NCBI GenBank assembly: GCA_013239625.1
Contig: MU054098.1
Coordinates: 744,001-808,000 of the forward strand
Reading direction: 5' to 3'
From: Lama guanicoe
Lineage: Eukaryota
Length of the DNA: 64,000 nt
In this document: positions 50,271-64,000 of the stretch, in pieces
How positions within the stretch are numbered: the first letter of the stretch is position 1
Layout of the letters: every line of letters begins with the position of its first letter
Program-made: the position numbers and the translations under genes
The notes under the pieces: generated by a model
Told to the model about the DNA's origin: nothing
Seen by the model: the letters and a program-made list of their open reading frames with translations, nothing else
Database searches by the model: none

Positions 50271-50398
50271 TTTTTTAATAACAGCTTTAGTGAGATACAA
50301 TTCACAAATAATGAAATTCACCCATTTACAGTATACCATTCAGTGTGTTTTTGTTTATATATTCACAGATTTTTGAAATCATCATTACTATACAATTT
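50271..50398 (-). mobile_element. Short L1M 3' end with TSD
   Basis: CAGCTTTAGTGAGATACAATTCACA...ATTCACCCATTTACAGTATAC; flanked by TGGTTTCTAA on both sides. Confidence 0.75.
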
Positions 50399-51269
50399 TG
50401 GTTTCTAAATTTTAAAATGCAACTTATAGGTCATGAGTTTTAGAGGTCCTTATAAAGATGGCAGCTTATTTTAGTAATTGTTTCTTCTTTGCTATACTGA
50501 TGGTCACTGTAAAACATTGAGCTATCATTAGCAACATCATATTTCTTAAATTATAGACTGGCCTATCAAATCTGGAGAGACAGTCTGGACTTCTAGGATA
50601 TTAAAATTTAGTACAATCTTCAAGAATATTCAATTATTACAGGCTTATCCTTTGGTGTCTAGAAATATAATGTGTATTGGGTGATGAATAAGAATTTGGA
50701 GCACTCAATAATCCTAATGCTCTATGCTCTATCAAATATAGTATGTGGTGATTTGTTGCATCTAGTTCCACTTATGATTTGTCGCCTCTACTTCCTCTAG
50801 AATGACACTGAACTAGTTTCCTCAATACCAGCATGATAGACTGAATAAAAGCAGTAGACATAAGCTGTCAATCTTTAACAAATATCACAGATTTGTAGGG
50901 CAGTTTAGAAAGGGGCTCCAAGACGCAATTTTAATCATTACTCTTTTCATAATCGTAGGTACTGTGAGCTGTGGTAGTTTGGTCACTTCTAAACGTGATA
51001 GAGTATTCGTAAGTCTTTTTCTTAGTTTACACCCAGAAACATTCTCTACAAGGAAGAAAATTGGCAAATACATATGGGTGTGCAACTAAAACATTGTATT
51101 AGTAGCTGCGTATTTGTGTATGGTTTGATGTGGGAGTGCCTGAGATGTGTGACCAGTGTACTTAAGAAAAATGCAGTCATAAAAGAACAGTGGAAAATGT
51201 AGTCCAACATAAACAACAACATTAAGCTAATCAGGGGACAGTATGATTGATAAAATCGCAATGAAGTCA

Positions 51270-51495
51270 TAACAATAATTATAATAGTTTAGCATTATGT
51301 GCCAGGAATTTTGCATGCATTATAACATTTTGGTATCACACAGCCCTACAAGGTAGGTATTAGTATCCTCTATTTATGAATGAGGAAACCAAAGATTAGA
51401 GTTCATGACTGGACTAAGATCACCCCGGAAGTATACTGTAGAGCCAGGATTATAAGCCTAGGTCGAGGGTACTCCAGGACCTGGGTTCTCAGACA
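51270..51495 (-). mobile_element. MIR SINE
   Basis: TATGTGCCAGG...CAGCCCTACAAGGTAGGTATTAGTATCCTCTATTTATGAATGAGGAAACCAAAGATTAGAG...AGAGCCAGGATT. Confidence 0.75.
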
Positions 51496-52894
51496 CTTTT
51501 AAAAGCAATAGACTTGATAGAGGTCGTTTGGTGAGTCGTAGAAATGTGGAGTCATACAAAAGTTTGCCATGATCATGTGTTTCTTTGGTTGTGTTTTCTG
51601 GTTTTGTTTATGACTTCTCTCTTTCCCGCATACACTTAGAAGATAATAAGTTCATTTAGCAAATAAGTTCATCCTACATACTTTTTATATTGGTTGTGTG
51701 TGCATTTAATGTCAATGTGGACTTCTGGTTCATGGGGTATTTTCAAGAGAAATATTTTTCCTTTATTCACTGTCTGCACTAGAGTTCAGTCTATTTACAA
51801 CATTTTACAACTCTGCAAAATCACCTAAATTTGAAAGTAAACAAAACTACTACCTTTGAAATAGGTCATTCATAACATTTATGTTCCCTTGTACTTCATC
51901 CCTTCAGAGTTTAAGTAGGTAAGAGGTTGGAAGTGGCCAAACTTAACTAACAATAATCAGCTGTATTTTCTTAGGAAAAAATGAGTATTATGTTTACCCC
52001 TTGGAATTGCATGAAAATGATTACAATTTATTAATATTTCATTTAAGACACACATCAACCTCCAGTACCAATAATTTTTATAGTTGGATACAATATTGGA
52101 GGTTCTGAAGATTGTGGGTGGCTATCACAACTCAGAATGCAAATAGTGATTTATTTTTCTTTTTTAGGATTACCCATTTCATATGAGATCTGTATGCATA
52201 AAATATTTTCATATAGTTTATTGAAAATATTTAATCACTTTAGGATTCTAGAACATTATTTCAAGGATAGTGCTTTGAGCCTTTAATGTTGAGAACACTG
52301 TTTTATCACACTTCCCTGAAGTTGGAAAAATATCGTGATGAATCTAGTTTATATTTTCATGCTTTAAATTCATAAATATTGCCAAGTTCACAATTCAGAT
52401 AAGTCTGAAGTGTGTATTCAACAATTTTAAATGTACTGATTTTGCCATTAGCATTAAACAGCTGTTCTCCATTTCCACCAAGAATAAGATCAGAAAGAAC
52501 AAACTACACTTGCAGAATGAAGGGTATAGACTAATGTTAGCAAAATCCTCCTATCAGCTTGGTGAGATACTAGACCATGTTATGAAGGGAGTTGTTCGTC
52601 ATCTATGCTAGAGATTTGAAAGAAGTCAATGGTGTTTCTGGGAATACATTAGGTACATTAATTTCCAATTCAAAACAAAAAGAAGAGTATAATAATTTCT
52701 GAAGTTTCTTTCAGCCCTATAATTTTATGCACATTTTATTATAATAAACAACTTGCTTAATTGCAGTATGTCATCATCAGAAGTGGGAAGTGGGAAATGT
52801 TGTATATCAGGACAGTAAATGCATTAAGCTACACAGCTATTTGAATATGCTAACACTGGGTAATTAAGAAGCCACTTTGAGGAAGGAATGTTCA

Positions 52895-53855
52895 ACTCCA
52901 GATCTATAATCCCAACTTCCTACTGGGCACTTTTACCAAAACACATGCATGTCTTACAAGCACCTCAAAACCTCAAGAAGCCTTTCAAAATCAAAATTAT
53001 TTCTAATGTTCTCAAATCAGTTGTTCATCCTGAGTCAATGTTTTCCCCACCAGTGTAATAAGCCTAAGACAGTACAGTGATTCATACATGACATCATCCC
53101 GTCATCTTTTCACTTATCTTCATCCCCAATTTTTCAATTATTCTATAAACCCTACCTCAGAAATATGTCAAATCAGTCGCTTCCTCTTCATCTCCAGTGG
53201 TACTGCTTTATTTCAGCAGCACATTATATTTCCCCTGGAATATTACTGCATTAGTTTCCAAGCACCTCTTCCTGCTTCCAGTCTCACCTCTTCAAGTTAA
53301 TTCTCCACATTGCTTCTAAAAAATTACCTTTCAAATATATGAATTTTGTTGTCTTTTCGGTTGCTTAAAATCTGGCAGTGGCTCCCACTTGGATGTGTAG
53401 GGTAAAGGTAAAAATCCTAATTATGAGTTTAAAAAAACCAAACCCTCTCTTCTTGGTTTAGCCCTTGGCTGTATCTCTTGCCTCATCTCCCACCACTTCT
53501 CCGTATAAAGTTCACTCACTCTGTAAGAACAACTCATGTTCTTTCACGTAGTCTGTTTGTTTGTATCATATTTCTTCTGTAGGAATGTTCTTCCTTGCCA
53601 AGTCCACCTAATCATTTTCAAATATAATCTCTATTGTAACAAATGTTGCGCACTCCTTTGTCATGCTTACATGGCCCCTTGGTAACTGCCCTTATTACAG
53701 TGCATACTGCGTCATATTGCCCTTATTACTTGCCTGTCTTTCTCACAATCTGAACTGCATCGGGCATAGAGACAGTCAGTATATTGGCTGTTAGGTATCT
53801 TCAGTGTTTCGATGGGTCTAGCACATAGTTGAGGTTTAATATGTTTATTAATGTT
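52895..53855 (+). mobile_element. L2 LINE 3' fragment
   Basis: Pyrimidine-rich L2 body ending GTCTAGCACATAGTTGAGGTTTAATATGTTTATTAATG. Confidence 0.7.
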
Positions 53856-54274
53856 ATTATATATCAAGTAGAATTTGTCCAGGACTTGGAAGGGGTTAAA
53901 CTTCTTGTACTCTGGGATTCATGTAGTTCCTCAGCTTTCTTTTTTTCATGTGAATATTTGCACTTGTACAAATGGTCAACAGGAAGAACAAATCGACCCA
54001 ATTGTAGCAAAAATTCCAAAAGTAAAGCCAAAAATCAGGTTAGTTTCTCCCATGCAGTGCTTGGCTCTGGGTTTAGACATAACTACTGAAGACTTGTCTA
54101 TCTGAGCACTGCAAGCTGAGCTGTGAACTTTCCTGGAAGAACTTGTCAAAAATTTTAAGTTGAAAATGTTCTAGAATGTTTGGAGACAAATAGAGAATTA
54201 AAGTCTCTTAGTATTGCATAGTTGAGTAAATTCTTCAGGGCTCAATTTTTAGGTATTTTTAATTTTGCTTTAGA

Positions 54275-55715
54275 TTTTTCAGCTTTATTGGGATGTATTT
54301 GATAAAACTGTAATATATGTATAATATATAGTGTACAAATGATGATTTGATATACATATACTTTCATTCCCACCATTGAATTAATAAATATATCACCTCA
54401 CATAGTTACCATTTTTTTGTGATGAGAAAACTTAAGTTCTACTCTTTCAGCAAATTTCAATTATACACTACAGTAATATCAACTGTAGTCACCATGTTAG
54501 GTTTTCAGACCTGTTCATCATAAAATTGAAAGTTTGTATCCTGTTACCAGCCTCTCCTTATTTCTCCCAGCCCCCAGCCCCTAGCCCCTGGCAACTCACT
54601 AAGTTTATGAGTTTGACTTTTTTTCTTTTTTGAGATTGCACATGTAAGTGATTCTATGCACTGTTTGTATTTCTTTGTCTGTTTTTTTCCACTTAGCATA
54701 ATGCCCATCAGGTTCATCCATGTCTTTGCAAATGACAGGATTTCCTTCTTTTTTTTTAAGGCTGAATAATATTCTATTGTATACATATTTCACATTTTTT
54801 TTATACATTCATCCACTGATGGGCACTTAGGATGCTTCCATATCTTAGCTATTGTAAATAATGCTGCGATGAACATGGGAGTGCAGATGTCTCTTTGAGA
54901 TGATGGTTTTGTTTCTTTTGGATATGTACTTAAAAGTGGGATTGCTAGATCCTATGATAGTTGTATTTTTAATTTTTTGAGGACCTCCATACTGTTTTCC
55001 ATCACAGCAGTATCCTTTTACATTCCCTTGTACATTATTGTACAAGGGTTCCCTTTATCCACATCCTCACCAGCATTTAGCTTGTCTTTTCAATGCTAAT
55101 GGACATTAAGAGGTGTAAGGTGATATTGTGGTTTTGATTTGCATTTCCCTGATGATTAGTGATATTGAGCACCTTTTCCTGTACCTGTTGGCTAATTGTA
55201 TATCTTTGGAAAAAAATGTCTATTCAGGTCCTTTGTCTATTTTTAAATTGATCTTTTTTCCTTTTTCTATTCTTTTTTTTTCTTTCTTTTTCTTCTTTTT
55301 ACTGTTGGCTTGTGTGAATACTTTGGATATTTTGTATATTAGCTTCTTAGTGGATATGTGGTTTACAAATACTTTCTCCCATTCCATAGGTTGCCTTTTT
55401 ATGATGGTTTCTTTTGCTATGCAAAAGCTTTTTTGTTTGATTAGTCTCATTTGTTTGCTTTTGCTTTTGTTACCTTTGTTTTTGGTGTCAAATCCAAAAT
55501 ATCATTGCCAGACTGAGATGAAGGAATTTACCTCTTATGTTTTCTTCTAGGATTTTTTTGGTTTCAGGTTGTATGTTCAAGTCTATAATCCATTTTGGGT
55601 TGATTTTTATGAGTAGTGTAAGATAGGGGTCCAGTTTCACCCTTTTGTATGTAGCTATCCAGTTTTCCCAACATCATTTGCTGAAGAGACCATCCTTTCC
55701 CCATTGTATATTCTT
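54275..55715 (-). mobile_element. 5'-truncated L1 (L1MA/MB-like), degenerate ORF2 C-terminus plus 3'UTR
   Basis: ORF fragments 54544-54786 ([29 protein letters not shown]) and 55220-55450 ([22 protein letters not shown]) are L1 ORF2 remnants. Confidence 0.92.
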
Positions 55716-58700
55716 AATAATTAATACATTTCTTAATATAAATTAATATAATTAAATTATATAGTTAACTCCTGAACTAATGGCCCATGGCTTAAAAAAA
55801 TAAACTGTCCAAAGTCAGATCTCACCAAAATAAGAACTATAAACACATTTGAAAAAAGTGATTCATGGAGTAATTGTGGAAATTACTTATGATTATTTCC
55901 AAAAAGTGCATTTTTCACTCTGATAGTGGAAAAGGATTTTGAAATTCTGATAGGTTAATAAACCATATGAGATCATTTGGACTTTTTTGTAGCAATTCTG
56001 TAGTTGTCCTATGAATTTCCCTTATTGAAAACAACGACTAAATAAACCAAAAGCAAACAAACAAAACAACTAAGTGTACTTAATCTTACTGAAGCATTGC
56101 ACTTCTGATAGATTATCTTTTATTAGTGCCTGTTGGCTCACATTCAGTGGTGAGCTGCTGGCTACGTCAGGAAGCAGCCTATTCCTCTTGACTTTCATAA
56201 GATGTTTCCTCACACTGAATTGTCATTTCTCTCAGATTCACTCTCTGCAGCTTCACAGAGTAAATAATTCCTTCTCTTCTATGGTAGTCAAATTATTCGA
56301 AAATGGAGATGACAGCGTCCCCTAAGTTTCTCCACTGTAAACACTGTAGGGTTTCAAACTTTCTCACAATGTTGGTTGCCTGCTTCTGGAAATACCTGTT
56401 TTTAAAATATGGTGCTAAGAATTGCATAGACTACTGCAGGTATGACCTGACTGTCTTGTGGTGGGACTGTTTGCAACTTACGATCTGGGTATTTTATATG
56501 TGACTGAAGCTTAATTTTTGAATCAATATTTGGTAATTGTGTGAAAATTTCAGAAGAAATATTTGAATTGAACTTGATTCATGTATGGAAATGTACATCA
56601 GTTTCACTCATTTAGTTCCTATTTGAAGTTCTTTCACATTCTCTTACAGAATTTGTCCTTAAATCTGAAAGTAATTACTTTCCACTGTTGCAAGTTCTGA
56701 CTGTTTTAATCTGCTTCATAAGCTTACTTTAAAACTCCATACCCTTTTTTTTGATGAACCTCCCCTCCCCATTTTACCAGTGTTCAAGATATTTTTAGAT
56801 AGTTTTTGAAGTTTTTCTGCTGAGTCAGCACCTTGTGAAAACATTCCCATTATGGTATCAACAACCTGTAAAGAAGTAAATAACTAAAGAAGCTTAAGAT
56901 AAGTAAAGAAGAATTTAAATGTCCAATAACAGCAAGCAAATAGCTGCTACACAAAGAAACATTACGAGAAGAGAATTTTACTTTCTTAATTGAAGAGTGA
57001 GAAGTAGCCTTGTAGGTTGAAAAAAATTGTCATGAGGCAGTTTAATTTTTAAGCAGAACCATGTACCTGATTTAATAATTAAATTTTAAAAATATAGTGC
57101 CTACGCTTGCATCTGTCACAGAAAATATTCTATGAGTCTTTGTACTGCCTTTGTTATTTCAATTTTGACGATAAAGTTTCTGGCAAATTTCTATCCATCA
57201 AACACCTCCTACTTGTTCAGGGATATTGTTTTATGTGAAAATCTGAACTGACTAGAAAAAAAATTAGCCCAATGTTTGATGATTTGATTTACAAAACTAT
57301 TTGCTACATACTTTCACTTGCTTTTTTTAAAAGTAATAAATAAATAAAGGAAAATTCTATGCTTCTAGTTGCACATTTCTGACACAAAAGCAAGGAGTAC
57401 CTACATGAAGTCTCCATTCATCAGTATTCATACTGATTATTGTTAGCTCTATTTAGACTCTGGGTAAATTTTTCTAAATTCTAAGAATATAGTGGACAGA
57501 GAAGGCAGATTTGCTGTTAATTGAAAAGTATCTTTGTAAACATTTCAGTAATGAAAATACAAAAAGAGTAGCATCTACTTTTATTGAAGTATGTTATTAA
57601 AAACATCTTGCCCTATTTGTAACTTGCCTTGTGCCTTCTATATTATACTTTGATTTTTTTTCAAGTTCATTAACACATCAGTGGGAAATTGAACTTAAAG
57701 ACCATGTTTTTCACACAGTACTTTTCATTACTTTCCTGGCAGTTCTGAAATGAAATGTCAAGTTTAGTAATGCTAAAAAAAATCAAAACATGTTACTTTT
57801 TTCTCCCAGTACATTACTGGAGGACTTTTATCTTTATTTTTCTTTAATTGACATGTGACAAATCTGTTTATCACAGGCATTTTCTATTACATGGGAAAAT
57901 TGTTAACCCGTGGGAGTGACAGATGATTTTGAGAATGTAACTTTAATCATCACTTCTTTTGTCACCAGGTGTGAAGACCTCATTAGATAATGGTGGTGCT
58001 TTTTGTGACATTTCAATCTTCTGTCAACTTTTCTATGATAACTTCTTATATCAAGTAATTCAAGCTTATTAACTGCATATGTTTACATAAGTAAGTAAAA
58101 TCTTCTCCTAAAAGAAAGCTTTTGCAATTACATTCCAACTTTTCATTGAAACTGTGGTTTTACTGTATTGCTCTCTCTCCCAAATGTTTATAAGATTTAC
58201 TTCACCTTTTCCCAGGATCAAAATCTTTTCTGGTAAATTCTTTTTGAGACAGTAAATACTGCCTTGATTTCTGTATTGTTGATTTTCACCAGCAAGTCTT
58301 ACAAGTTTGTGGATACCTTGCTTACAGTTGGCCGAAGAATGGTAAATTATGATAGCATACGCAAGTCAAAAAAAAAATCCTTTTGTGTGCACGGGTTGGA
58401 AATGAATTTTGGTTTTACTTTGGATTTTTAATCACTCCATTTTCACCACTTCTCTCAATCCTTTTCCAAAACACACACATTGAAGTATCCATGATTATGG
58501 CCATTCTCAAATTGGAACTTGTTTACACTTACAGATTCTCCTCTTTCTAGGAATAAGTATTTTTCATAGCACAGAGTGAATATGCTGTTAGTAATTTTAA
58601 AATGTTTAAGTGGTCTGGTTAAACTTTTAAAGGAGATGGTTAAACGCAAATAATTTCTAGTACTAAATTTTTATGCAGTAGAGAAGTGAGCTCTGGATGG

Positions 58701-59014
58701 ATAAAACAGTAATCCTTCTATTTAACCACAATCAAAAGAATGTAAATGTAAATTAACCTGAATTTTCTGTTCTCTTTCAGAAGAAGAAATTTAGGTAAAG
58801 GGAAGAATTTTGCTGAATATTTTGGGGTCAGTTAATACTCACTTCAACATTACTTAAACCTTTTACAACCCCAGAACTCTACCATCAACTGTAAATTGAG
58901 TTTTTACTTCCAAAGTGAAAGCAGAGAGCTTGATCTTGTGCTGAATGGCTGCCAAATGTTTGGGGGTACTTAATGAAATAGCTGTAGGTTGAGATTCTTT
59001 TTAAAAAATTGTTA

Positions 59015-60592
59015 TTTTTTTATTGAAGTATAGTTGATTTACAATGTTTTAGGTACACAGCAAAGTGATTCAGTTATATATATATATATATATTTTTTTT
59101 CTTTTCAGCTTCTTTTCCATTATAGGTTATTGTAAGATATTGACTATATTTCCCTGTGTTGTATAGTAGGTTCTTGTTTATTTATTTTATATGTAGTAGT
59201 TTGTATCTGTTAATCCCAAATAACTAATTTATCCCTCCTCACTTCCCCTTTGGTAACCATAAGTTTGTTCTCTATGTCTGAGTCAGTTTCTATTTTGTAA
59301 ATAAGTTTGTGTCATTTTTTTTAGATTCCACATAAGTGATATCATATGGTATTTGTCTTTGTCTGACTTACTTCACTTAGTATGATAATCTCTAAGTCCA
59401 TCCATGTTGCTGCAAATAGCATTATTTCATTCTTTTATATGGCTGAGTAGTATTCCATTACGTATATATATCACAGTTTCATCCAGTCATCTGTTGATGG
59501 TTGCTTCCATGTCTTCGCTATTGTAAATAGTGCTGCTATCAACATTGGGGTGCATGTGTCTTTTCTAATTATATTCTCTGGATATATGCCCAGAAGTGGG
59601 ATTGCTGTATCATATGGTAATTCTGTTTTTAGTTTTTTAAGGAAACTCCACACAGTTCTCCACAGTGGCTGAACCAATTTACACTCCCACCAACAGTGTA
59701 GGAGGGTTCCCTTTTTTCCACACTCACTTCAGCATTTATTACTTGTAGATTTCTTGATGATGGCCATTCTAACTGGTGTGAGGTGGTTTCATTGTGGTTT
59801 TGATTTGCATTTCTCTAATAATTAGTGCTGTTGAGCATCTTCTCATGTGCCTGTTGGCCATCTGTATGCCTTTGGAAAAATTTCTGTTTAGGGCTTCTGC
59901 CCATTTTTTGATTGGAGTGTTTGATTTTTCAATATTGAGTGTATGAGTTGTTTGTATATTTAGGATATTAACCTCTTGTCAGTTGCACGGTTTGCAAGTA
60001 TCTTCTCCCATTCCATAGGTTGTCTTTTTGTTTTGTTTATGGTTTCCTTTGCTGTGCAAAAGCTTTTAAGCTTGATTAGGTCCCATTTGTTTATTTTTGC
60101 TTTTGTTTCCATTACTCTAGGAGATGAATCCAAAAAATATTTCTGCAATTTATGTCAAAAGGTGTCCTGCCTATGTTTTTCACTTAGAGTTTTATAGTAT
60201 CTGGTCTTACATTTAGGTCTTTAATCCATTTTGAATTTATTTTTGTATATGGTGTTAGAGAATGTTCTAATTTCATTCTTTTACATGTAGCTGTTCAGTT
60301 TTCCCAGGACTACTTATTAAAGAGACTGTCTTTTCTCCATTGTATATTTTTGCCTCCTTTGTTGTAGATTAATTGACCATAAGGGCCAGTACCATACCAT
60401 TTAGATTACTGTAGCTTTGTAGTATAGTCTGAAGTCATGGGGCATAATTCCTCCAGCTCTGTTCTTCATTCTCAGGATTGTTTTGGCTATTGGGTGTCTT
60501 TTGTGCTTCTACATAAATTTTAAAAATTTTGTTTCAGTTCTGTGAAAAATGCCATTGATAACTTGATAGAGATTGTATTGAATGTGTAGATT
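59015..60592 (-). mobile_element. 5'-truncated L1 (artiodactyl-type), degenerate ORF2 C-terminus plus 3'UTR
   Basis: ORF fragments [32 protein letters not shown] and [36 protein letters not shown]-rich tail at the left end. Confidence 0.93.
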
Positions 60593-61097
60593 AGGTAGCC
60601 TGATATTATTTATGGAGATCAGGAAAGCCATAAAATGCGATCTGAAATATGGGTATTGGTTTCCAATAGGTAGAAAGGGAAGAGGAAGGCATTCCAATTG
60701 AGTGTAATGGTACAAATGGGCTGGCTGACAAAATGCAATGATAGAATTAGGATATTGGTTTGGCTAGAACAAAGGATTGCTATATTAGAGCAAAGAACAG
60801 ATGTATAGGCATATTGTATAGGCACATTCATGTTGTGCTCCAGAAACATTAATCTTGTAGCATTGTATGTGATGAATTAGAGGTTAGAAATGAAGACGGA
60901 TCATTCAGTTAGAACATTCTGTGTTTGTTCTGTGAACATATGACAATATCCAGGAATTGGTGGGTAAGAAGCCCTGGCAATTTAAAGGATGATATGAAAC
61001 TGCTGATGACCTGAAAACTGGTTCTGAAAACCAAGGTAGATGGAAACAAAGATATGCAGCATTCCATGTCCAAGTGATTGTGTGCTATACTTTTGAG

Positions 61098-61280
61098 GCA
61101 GCATGATATGGTGGTTAAGAATGTGGACTCTACATTTGAAGTGCCCAAGTTCAACCTTTTCCTGTGTCAGTATCCTCAACTGTAAACTGTAGTTTATGGA
61201 AAGAACTACCTTATAAAATCCTTGTGAAGATGAAGTGAATTAATATGTATTATGTACCTAGCATGAAAACTTAATAAAAA
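61098..61280 (+). mobile_element. MIR SINE
   Basis: GGCAGCATGATATGGTGGTTAAGAATGTGGACTCT...GTGTCAGTATCCTCAACTGTAAA...GTGAAGATGAAGTGAATTAAT. Confidence 0.7.
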
Positions 61281-62879
61281 GGGTGATTGGCAAAATTATT
61301 GAATCATTGGCAGAAATCAGGAAGTCCTACAAAACCCTTAACCATGTATCTGCTAGGTGGAAATGTGATCCAGCATATTTCAGAAAGATTTATATCTATA
61401 AGGCCCACACAAAACAAGTTTTATTCAATTGTCTACTAATCAGAAATTAATTCAGAGCACCCTATTTTCTTAGCATTCCAGTAAAATTAAGGTAGCTGCC
61501 TTGATCCATAAATCATGCTTCCTGTGGCATCATAAGTGTCCCTGCACCATACTGAGGAGTTGCTGTAAATACCCGCACCTAACCTTTATGAGTGAAGGAC
61601 ACTTACAGACAAAAACAATTCCAAGGCAATGTGCCATGTTCTGAATCAGGGTTGGCATATATGACTCTAGGAAGGCAATTTTCTTCCGTTTATGTGAGGC
61701 CTGTTAATATTATTGCAGTTTATTTGCCTGTAGAGTAAATTTACATGGCCAAAAGATAAGTTTGACACTTTCATTTGTACCGACACAGCCAATGAATATA
61801 CAATTTTTTGTTCTGCATCACCTAGTCTCCTTGATGCAAAGTCGCTTAGTAAAGGAGGTATTTTTTTCTCTCAATCAATTCTCTGTCTGCAAACAAACAT
61901 CCACTAAGCCAGTAGGAGTTTTCCTGCCCTCACAAGAGATTTACACCCACCGGGTTTTTACAATGCGGCATGCTTTGCAAGGAAGTTGGTAAAAATTAAG
62001 AAGAAATTTAGGGGCTGCCTAAATACCCATGTCTTCCCGTCTAGATATCAGGATGACCGCTGCTGAAGATTTTTCTCCTTTCACACATCAATAATTCATT
62101 TCACACATAAAAGCAAAACATGCATACAAGAACTTTTTGAGAATCTTGGGTTGAGACCAGTTTTTCACAGTAGTGTTACAAATATAAATTTTTGCTTACT
62201 CCTCTCCTGCTTCCATACATTAAAACAAGATTTAGGAAATATTAGAACCAAGACTAGTTTTCAAAACCAGAATCTTTCATTTAGATAATCAGAGCTACAT
62301 ATGAATGTAAAATATGAAAAAGTTTATAAATAAGAGAAACCAGTAGTATGGCCTGAGTTACACAATCCTGAAGACTCAAGCTATTTTCATGTAGCGTTTT
62401 GTCCTAAATACACCTAACTCTCTTATTACATGAGGGAGTCTTCCTTGGCATTTCTTGATGAATAAAATGTCAATCGAAAGTCTTAGAAAATTCACACATC
62501 CATCCAGAAGCATACATATATTACTTGTCAAGTTTGAGAATTAACTAATGACAGCCATTGTGGTGAATTTAGTTTATTCTAAGAGACTGCTACTCTGGAT
62601 AGGATACGCCTTGAGAGTCTGGACCATTGTTGGTGTTTCCGTTTCAGACTACATCTATCCTCACCTTTATCTATGAAAGTAATTATGTAAGCTAGTGCAT
62701 TAAGTAAAACCCATTGTCTTCTTGTGGATATAGGGATTTTGTGGTGGTTATTTGTGGTTAACATAAGGAAATATTCTATTTACAATTTTAGATGATAAAA
62801 ATTGAGAGGAAAAAGTATTCAAATAATGGAAAGGGTTTAGCAATGTTGTATTGTACCTTACTGGTTTGCTACCGGTTTG

Positions 62880-64000
62880 CTTAACACTTAACAAGAACGT
62901 CTTTTAAGGCGCTCTCAGGACTTCCATTACAACATTCGTGCTTTGGTAGAGATGGAATGTTTGACTATGGGACATAACTCTGCCATTATTTAGGTATGCA
63001 CATGGAGCTTTCCATTATTAAAAATGATAATAGTTGATTCACCAAGCCACGAAGTTAGGTATGCACACCAGTCTTCCAACATCAGTGGAAGTGAAATATG
63101 TAGTCACTTTCAAGTTGGTCCTCAAATCACAAATAGTTTGCAGAAGTAGGTTACTTTCATTCCAATAGCACTTACTCTTCCTGGCTGCCACTTCTCCCTC
63201 AATCCATTCCTATGCCCTCATGAGGAGATCGCCATGATCATCTGGCCTAAGAGGGAAAAAAACCCTCACTTTTGATTTATAGAAGGTTCTGCTGTCAGAC
63301 AGTATGTTATCACAAGACAGAAGTGGATTACTGTCATGTTACAGCCCCACTCAGAGGGTATCCCCAAAGGGTAATGGGAAAGGACTATTCGCCATGTAGG
63401 CAGAGCTCCAAGCTCCAGTTTTTATCTAGAGGTCAGTTTGCCTGAAGGGCAAAATGGCCTAAAGAATGGATCTACACTAACCCATGGACAATAGCTGTTA
63501 GAATGACCAGACGGTCATGGGCTTAACAGGAACAAGGTTAAAGGATTGATAATAAGAGGTTTAGGAAAGAGAAATTTGGATGGACCTCTCAGAATGGTCT
63601 GAAGTGTGTGTATATTTGTGTCTTGTATGAATTCTTCCTAAAAGGCACTTACTGCAGAGGTGGTCTTCAACAATCAAGCAGACAAAATGGCCCATGTAGT
63701 AGATGTCAGTCAACTTCTATCTCTAGCAATCGTGACGTTATTCAAAAGAACCCATGAAAAAATGGTTCTGGCAGCGGGGATGGAGATTATGCATGTGCTC
63801 AGCTATATAGACTTTCCCTCCCCAAGATATTTGTATCATCACTGTGTGTTCACAGTCAGGCTATAGCAGTGATCAATCCTGAGCCCCCTCTGTACCTTGG
63901 AGGATCTGTCAGCTACCCTCCATTATTGGGGGGGGGGTGGTTGTAGACAGAGGGGTGTCTTCATTGAAAGATATTTTGGATATGGATTTTCCTTCAGTGT
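62880..64000 (+). mobile_element. ERVL internal (pol RNase H/integrase region) remnant, runs off the window
   Basis: ERVL-int-like segments TTACAGCCCCACTCAG, TGGATGGACCTCTCAGAATGG, TTCAACAATCAAGCAGACAAAATGGCCCAT and GGGATGGAGATTATGCATGTGCTCAGC; heavily frameshifted. Confidence 0.75.

Noticed and set aside
54544..60197. ORFs with protein-like L1 motifs
   Set aside because: Frameshifted, 5'-truncated L1 ORF2 remnants, not genes.
1..64000. CRISPR arrays, operons or other prokaryotic systems
   Set aside because: Sequence is mammalian; no regularly spaced repeats or gene-dense ORF structure.

Overview
Mammalian (eukaryotic) genomic DNA, probably camelid given two vic-1-type tRNA-derived SINEs and artiodactyl-type L1 ends. 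The window holds the 5' end of the serotonin receptor gene HTR2C (X-linked in eutherians) on the minus strand. This comprises a CpG-island promoter, non-coding exon 1 (~39139-38564), a ~20 kb intron 1, non-coding exon 2 (18574-18513) and the start of intron 2, which hosts the H/ACA snoRNA SNORA35/HBI-36 (4001-3872). No protein-coding exon lies in the window; the ORF track is chance ORFs and retroelement remnants. About 25 kb of upstream sequence is mostly old L1/L2/L3/MIR/ERVL repeats. The most notable observations are a long collinear inverted complementarity bracketing SNORA35, a uORF cluster and hairpin in exon 1, a (CCA)12 tract in the proximal promoter, a CTCF site with upstream motif in intron 1, and splice signals hinting at an antisense/divergent transcript. 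Gene identifications rest on recalled human sequences, not a database search.
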